A stretch of 63,022 nt of DNA, filler included, from Coriobacteriales bacterium (GTDB lineage Bacteria; Actinomycetota; Coriobacteriia; Coriobacteriales; UBA8131): assembly GCA_031263105.1 (NCBI GenBank). It is 4 parts of 4 records of this genome, joined end to end, with 100 filler letters (N's around TTAATTAATTAA, not from the genome) between each part and the next. Parts side by side here need not be neighbours in the genome. Positions count along the whole stretch, not along the records: positions 53,346 to 63,022 come from JAISGJ010000024.1; 3 more parts are not named here. One strand, 5' to 3'. The translations under genes and the position numbers were made by a program. Position 1 is the stretch's first letter. Every line of letters starts with the position of its first letter. Under the pieces are notes generated by a model. It was not told the DNA's origin. It searched no databases and saw nothing but the letters and a program-made list of their open reading frames with translations. Positions 57,793 to 63,022 of this stretch are shown here, in pieces.

Positions 57793-58308
57793 GTGAGCGG
57801 CAAGGAACGCAATGCCCGCAACGCCCCGGAGCGGGTCGCCATACTGTGCGTGGGGAACGTCCTTCTGCTCGACGAAGGGGCGGGTCCGCGCGTCGCCGCC
57901 GAGCTGCGGGAGAACCATCGCCTTCCCGCCAACGTCGAGGTCCTCGACCGCGGCACCATGGGCATGGCCCTGCTGGCCGACCTCAGGCGCTTCGACGTGG
58001 TCCTGCTGGTGGACGCCGTCGACTCGACCGGCCATCCGCCCGGCACCGTCCTCGACTACCTGCCCGAGGACATCGCGCCCTACGAGGCCTTCCATGGGGC
58101 GCACGACACGCGCTTCGTCGACGTGCTCGCGGCGGCGTCCCTGCTGGGTTACGAGCCCGAGGCGCACTGCCTTGGCGTCCAGGTGCAGGACATCTCCCCG
58201 CCCGAGTACCAGATCGGCCTCACGCCCGCCGTCGAGGCTGCCGTCCCCCTCCTCGTCGAATGCGTCCTCGCCTTCCTCTCCCAGCGCGGCATAACGCCGC
58301 TGTCTTAG
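57793..58308 (+). CDS. Hydrogenase maturation protease (HybD/HyaD family)
   Basis: CVGNVLLLDEGAG, DRGT, VDAV and AHD. Confidence 0.9.
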   Translation: MSGKERNARNAPERVAILCVGNVLLLDEGAGPRVAAELRENHRLPANVEVLDRGTMGMALLADLRRFDVVLLVDAVDSTGHPPGTVLDYLPEDIAPYEAFHGAHDTRFVDVLAAASLLGYEPEAHCLGVQVQDISPPEYQIGLTPAVEAAVPLLVECVLAFLSQRGITPLS

Positions 58309-61300
58309 GGTCGGGTGTTGCGGACGCGTCGGGCAACGAGCAGCGCTGCGCCGAGGAGCATCAGGAGTGCGGAGGCGTAGGCGAGCAGCAGGCCGCTGGC
58401 ATCGCCGCTTGCGGGCAGGGAGGCGGGCGTCGGTACAGGCGCAGGCGGCGGCTGCTCGTCGCCCGTGGCGATGATGTCGCTGTTCGTGGCGCTGTCCTTG
58501 TCGCCTCCTGTGTCCGTTGCGGTGACGGTGTTGTGTATCGTCCCCTCCCCGACGGCGACCGTGTAGTCCACCGTCCAGCGGGCCCCTATCGGCAGGAAGC
58601 CGAGGGTGAAGCTGTCGGCGGCCAGCATGCCGTCGTCGTCCGCGTCCGGCAGGGTGAAGCCGACGGCGTTGGACCACACGCCGCCCGCCATGCCCTCGGT
58701 GACCGTCACCTCGTCAAGGTCGCGCGCAAAGGTGTTCGAGACGGTGATGGTATAGGTGACCTCGTCTCCCGCTTCGACGTCCAGCGGCTGGTCTGCGGCC
58801 GGCGCCTTCTCGACGTCGAGGACGCCCTTGTCCTTATGGACCTTGACGTCGGTGTTCGTGGCGGAGACAGGGGTGCCGGGGGTGCCCGGCGTGTTGCCGT
58901 CCGTGGTCGTGGCGGTGACCGTGTTGGAGAGCGTCTCGCCGTCCGAGGCAAGCGTCCCTTTGTCGGCGATCACCGTGTAGGTCGCCGTCCAGGTGCTCTT
59001 GGCCGGGACGGTGGCGAAGTGCAGGCTGTTGTCGTCCTGCCGGGCGTCGGCGAGGTCGAAGCCGCTCGCGTCCGACCAGGTGCCCGCCATGCCCTCGGTG
59101 ACCGTCACGTCGGTGAGCGCCCCGCTGCCGGTGTTGCTCACCGTGATGGTGTAGGCGACCCGGTCGCCCTCGTGCACGTTCAGGGCCTGGTCCTCGGCGG
59201 GCGCCTTGGCGATGGCAAGGACGCCGCCCGTGGGCGCGGCGAGCACCCGGAAGGTCCCGATGACCACCTTGCCCCCGATGAGGCCCGCGCCCTGGTTACC
59301 CAGCGAGTAGTTGCCGAAGACGCCGGGGTCGGCGAGGATGTGGTAGGTCCCCACGGGGTCGCCCTGCCGGTAGTCGGTGTCCACGGAAAGGACGTTCGCG
59401 TTGAAGGTCTCGCCCGTCACGAGGTGGCCTATGGCGACGGCGTACTCCGAGGGGTCAGGGACGGCGGCGCCCACCATGAGGTCGTCGTGGGTCCCTGCGG
59501 CCGTGAGCGGGCGGGGGGTGATGTCCACGTAGCTGTCTGCCCGGGACGAGGGGAGGAAGCCCGTCGCGATGAAGGTCAGCGCGACCCTGTGGTCTCCCAC
59601 GTCCGTGAAGGAGGGCATCCCGCCGAGCCAGCTCAAGGAGGCGAGGTCGGGGTCCTTGTAGAAGGGCTCCACGTTCTGGAGGTTGGCGCCTGCGTTGTAG
59701 GTGACCGCATGGGGCTGCCCGTCGTACTCGCCCGTGTAGGGGGCGACGGACACGCTGGCGTTCGTGGGCGCGGGCGTGACGGGGACGTGGGGCATGACGG
59801 GGGCGGTGTAGGCGTACTGGGCGACGTAGACGCGGTCGTCATAGACAATCGACGTGGGGTCGTAGGCGGGCTCCCAGCCGGTGAAGGTGTAGGAGGCCGC
59901 AGGCGATCCGGTCGGGTCCGGCTGCGCGTACAGCATGCTGGTGCTGAGCGGCACGCCTTTCAGGACGCAGAACAAGGTCTGCGTCGTCACGGGGTACGTG
60001 CCCTGGGTGCCGAGGTCGAAGCGCACGAGGCAGTGCCCGTCCTCGCCCCAGACGGCGTACAGGTCCGTGTCCGTGGCGAAGGGCGGGATGCTCTCCCCGT
60101 CCTCGTAGAGCACGATTGCCTGCGTCGTAAAGGGGACGTTCAGCTGGGTCGTGCTCCAGCCGAGGAAGTGGAAGCTCGTCCCCGGCACGTCCTCGTTGAA
60201 CACCCGGAATCCCGGCGCGACGAGCGGGGTGCCGCTCTGGAGGAACTGGGTGGCGTCCCCCGGCGGTGTGAAGGCGCTCATGTCGGGAGCCAGGTAGTTG
60301 GCATGGTAGGTCACCCTCACGAGTGAGGGGTTCACCGGTGCGAAGACGGGCTCAAGGGTGAGGTCGCCCGTGACCGTGACAAAGGATCCGGGATAATACA
60401 GGGGCTCGGTGGTGCCCACCACCCTCCATCCGACGAAGCCCGTTGCCACGGGGCCTATGAGCAGCGTCTGTGGGATGCGCGCGCCCGTGCCGACGACATA
60501 GGCGTTGCTGTCGGTGGGAGGGGTGCCGAACATGGCATCGCCTGCGATATAGGTGATGTGGTAGGACTCGAGCTCCCAGTTCGCGTAGACCGCGAGATCC
60601 TCCGTCACGGGCATGTCGAAGGAGAGCGGGGCCGTGGCCCCAGGGCCGACGAAGACCACCCAGCCGAGGAACGTGCCCTTGCCGGGGTACGCGGTGCCTG
60701 TCGTGTACCTGCCGGGGTCGCCCACGTAGTCGCCCTGGGCGCGCGCGAGGGTCTCAAGCGGCTTGTTGCGCGTGAGGTCGTCATAGACCGTGACGGAAAA
60801 CTGCGAGACCCCCCACTTCGCGAACAGCATGATGTCCGCGTCCTTCATCGTCGTGGCGAAGCTGAAGGGGTTGCGGAAGCCTGCGTCGAGGTACCATCCC
60901 TCGAAGGTGTAGGTCAGCCCGTCGCCGATCTCCTTCACGGGAGGGTCGGGGTCGAAGGGGGCGAGGTTCTGTCCGAACTTGATCTTCGTGTAGTCCATGC
61001 CGCTGTTGCGGTAGACCGTCCCGCCGTTCGTGTTGAAGTCGAGTCGGTGGATGTTGCGGTCGTAGAACAGGTACTGGTCGATGTCCGCCGTGGTGACGGA
61101 CACGTAGCCGGTGCTGCGCTTGGCCAGGGACTTCGCGGTCAGCCCCGTCAGCCCGTCGATGAGCTTGAGGCCCATGGGCACGCTGCTCGAGGAGAGCAGC
61201 GACTGGGTGTACTGCTGGCTCTGGAGGTAGTACTTGCCGTTGTAGGTCACCGCTCCGGAGACGTTGCCGTCCAGGCTCTCGAACATATAGTGCAGCGTGG

Positions 61301-62765
61301 TCTGCACGCCGCTCGTTATCCATCGTGCGGTCACGGTCTGGGACGTGCCCGACTTCGGCAGCAGGTCCTCCGAGACCGTGAAGACCTTGGAGACGGAGGT
61401 CGAGGAGCCGCCGGTCGGGAACCAGCCGTAGAAGAGGTAGCTCGCGTTGGTGGCGGTGACCGTCCCTATGTTCGCGGGCCACAGGTTGGTGGTGTCCTGG
61501 GCAAGCTTGGCCTTGAACTGGTAGGGGGTCGTGTCCGTGTAGGTGTTGCTGCCTATCACCAGCTTCGCGTCGCTGCGGGCGAGCACGAAGGTGAAGGTGT
61601 ACTCGATGCGCTTGAAGTAGACGTTGACGACCGTCGAGCCGTTGCCTGCCACGGTGTCGGTCGAGACGGCATGGCTGCGGTAGGTGGAGTAGGTCGGGGC
61701 GTGGGAGGACTGGGAGGCTATGAGCGCCTGCACGTCGAGGGAGGATGCGGCGCTGCCCGCGAGCGCCGTGCTCGTGAACTGGTACGAGAGCTGGTAGTTG
61801 AGGGGGTCGGTGCCGGGGTCGCCCGTGATGTCGGGCTTCTCCTGCCAGAACAGCACCGTGTAGCTGACGCTCTGCGCCTGCCAGACCGCGTACAGGGTGG
61901 TGTCGTCCGTGACGGGGGTCGAGAAGTCGAAGGCGCTGCCGCCGTCCGTCGTGCTCCAGTACAGGAAGCGGTAGCCGACGCGCGTGGGGGCCGCAGGCTG
62001 CGCTGCGACAGAACCCTTGTTGACGGTCTGGAAGGGCACTTGGCTGCCTGCGGAGACGAAGAACACGAAGGCGCTGCCCGTGGAGAGGACGGGCTCGATG
62101 GTCGCGTCGGCGGCAAAGCCGCCTCCCGTGTAGTCCGCGCCCTGATAGCGCCAGGACTGGAAGTGGTAGCCGCTCGGCGCCGTGAAGGACTGCATCTCCG
62201 TCGAGCTGGGCAGCGGCACGGCGGCGTTTGTCGCCACCTGCCTTGTGAGGAACACCTTGCCGTAGCCGTCGAGGAAGGTGACGAGGGTCTCGGAATGGTA
62301 CCGTGCCACCAAGGTGAGGTTGCCCATGAGCGGCTGGCTGAAGTCGTAGGGCTGGCTGTCGGGCGGCTGCGGGCCGCCGCTGCTGTAGACGTACCAGCCG
62401 AGGAAGCGCAAGTCGGTGTCGCCCGTGCTCGGGACCGTCGAGCCGGGGTTGTTGATGACGGTGCCCTCCGGCAGGTTGGTGGAGGAGAACGCGGGAGTGC
62501 CTGCCTGGAGCGCCATGGTGTCCGCGTAGAAGTACACGTTGTAGCGGTCGCCCGGCGCGGCGAGGGCCCCCGTCGAGGGGACGGTGAGGCCGAGCGCGAG
62601 CAGCACGGCGAGCATGACGCGCGCCACGGCCCGCAGGGGGCCGCGCCGTGCGGTACGCACAGCGTGCGTGCCTCGCGGCCTGTCCGTTGCTTGGTTCACG
62701 GTAGTGCTACTGCGATGGCGGTCGTCGATTGATGAAGCATGTACCAGCAGTGTCCCACGTGTCAT
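58305..62765 (-). CDS. Large sortase-anchored surface protein (InlB B-repeats, MBG-like and DUF11-like Ig domains)
   Basis: Signal peptide; GYRFLYW/FEGWY repeats; GD.V.YTITVSNT domains; LPASG + TM + basic tail; start uncertain. Confidence 0.85.
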   Translation of the reverse strand: MTRGTLLVHASSIDDRHRSSTTVNQATDRPRGTHAVRTARRGPLRAVARVMLAVLLALGLTVPSTGALAAPGDRYNVYFYADTMALQAGTPAFSSTNLPEGTVINNPGSTVPSTGDTDLRFLGWYVYSSGGPQPPDSQPYDFSQPLMGNLTLVARYHSETLVTFLDGYGKVFLTRQVATNAAVPLPSSTEMQSFTAPSGYHFQSWRYQGADYTGGGFAADATIEPVLSTGSAFVFFVSAGSQVPFQTVNKGSVAAQPAAPTRVGYRFLYWSTTDGGSAFDFSTPVTDDTTLYAVWQAQSVSYTVLFWQEKPDITGDPGTDPLNYQLSYQFTSTALAGSAASSLDVQALIASQSSHAPTYSTYRSHAVSTDTVAGNGSTVVNVYFKRIEYTFTFVLARSDAKLVIGSNTYTDTTPYQFKAKLAQDTTNLWPANIGTVTATNASYLFYGWFPTGGSSTSVSKVFTVSEDLLPKSGTSQTVTARWITSGVQTTLHYMFESLDGNVSGAVTYNGKYYLQSQQYTQSLLSSSSVPMGLKLIDGLTGLTAKSLAKRSTGYVSVTTADIDQYLFYDRNIHRLDFNTNGGTVYRNSGMDYTKIKFGQNLAPFDPDPPVKEIGDGLTYTFEGWYLDAGFRNPFSFATTMKDADIMLFAKWGVSQFSVTVYDDLTRNKPLETLARAQGDYVGDPGRYTTGTAYPGKGTFLGWVVFVGPGATAPLSFDMPVTEDLAVYANWELESYHITYIAGDAMFGTPPTDSNAYVVGTGARIPQTLLIGPVATGFVGWRVVGTTEPLYYPGSFVTVTGDLTLEPVFAPVNPSLVRVTYHANYLAPDMSAFTPPGDATQFLQSGTPLVAPGFRVFNEDVPGTSFHFLGWSTTQLNVPFTTQAIVLYEDGESIPPFATDTDLYAVWGEDGHCLVRFDLGTQGTYPVTTQTLFCVLKGVPLSTSMLYAQPDPTGSPAASYTFTGWEPAYDPTSIVYDDRVYVAQYAYTAPVMPHVPVTPAPTNASVSVAPYTGEYDGQPHAVTYNAGANLQNVEPFYKDPDLASLSWLGGMPSFTDVGDHRVALTFIATGFLPSSRADSYVDITPRPLTAAGTHDDLMVGAAVPDPSEYAVAIGHLVTGETFNANVLSVDTDYRQGDPVGTYHILADPGVFGNYSLGNQGAGLIGGKVVIGTFRVLAAPTGGVLAIAKAPAEDQALNVHEGDRVAYTITVSNTGSGALTDVTVTEGMAGTWSDASGFDLADARQDDNSLHFATVPAKSTWTATYTVIADKGTLASDGETLSNTVTATTTDGNTPGTPGTPVSATNTDVKVHKDKGVLDVEKAPAADQPLDVEAGDEVTYTITVSNTFARDLDEVTVTEGMAGGVWSNAVGFTLPDADDDGMLAADSFTLGFLPIGARWTVDYTVAVGEGTIHNTVTATDTGGDKDSATNSDIIATGDEQPPPAPVPTPASLPASGDASGLLLAYASALLMLLGAALLVARRVRNTRP

Positions 62766-62939
62766 AACTGCACCCCCAGAACAATATGGGCTCCGTGCGC
62801 CACCCGTTTGTTTTATGCGCACGGATATGTCACAGAGCATTATAAAGTATATTGTGCGAATTGTCTTGTAAGTTGCGCCCGTGCTGTGGTGCCCCAGGTT
62901 GCACCCCCCATTACCATGTTTCCTAAGCCGAAACCTTGC

Positions 62940-62997
62940 GCACGGCTGTGGAAAACCAAGCCGAAGGGTTGATTCGGTTTTCCACAGCAGCCGTGTG
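62940..62997. repeat. Hairpin GCTGTGGAAAACC...GGTTTTCCACAGC
   Basis: 13-bp perfect inverted repeat at the contig end. Confidence 0.65.
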
Positions 62998-63022
62998 GGC
63001 GTGACCTTTGCCGTGTTGTGGG

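Noticed and set aside
56751..60326. 1191-aa plus-strand ORF and other long shadow ORFs (e.g. 5074-7134, 12375-14258, 30788-32788)
   Set aside because: They are antisense or alternative frames of well-supported genes in high-GC DNA, with no motifs.

Overview
This window is not one locus. It is four contigs (1-16079, 16180-26856, 26957-53245, 53346-63022) joined by artificial 100-bp N/TTAATTAATTAA/N spacers, with an Illumina adapter at 1-50 and poly-G runs. The DNA is from a high-GC bacterium, most likely Coriobacteriia/Eggerthellales-like (inferred from gene content). Housekeeping genes: nif3-Zn ribbon-rnhA-queD-coaBC, glnA, glpX, def-fmt-rsmB, moeA-moaA-moaC-mog, lexA with SOS box, mscL, hflX, purC/S/Q/L and cydAB. 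Accessory genes: two bis-MGD molybdoenzyme operons (an acetylene-hydratase/catechol-dehydroxylase-like enzyme with an unusual aromatic C-terminal tail, and a Tat-lipoprotein DmsA-like enzyme), LRR/InlB-repeat surface proteins, a HEPN-MNT pair, a truncated C5 DNA methyltransferase and a BceAB-like transporter. The most striking unexplained structure is a dense family of non-autonomous GTTAC...GTAAC elements carrying REP-like hairpins. Every copy with an exact 8-bp target duplication lies about 51-54 bp upstream of a sigma70-type -10 box (about 27-31 bp from the -35), which suggests promoter-guided insertion.
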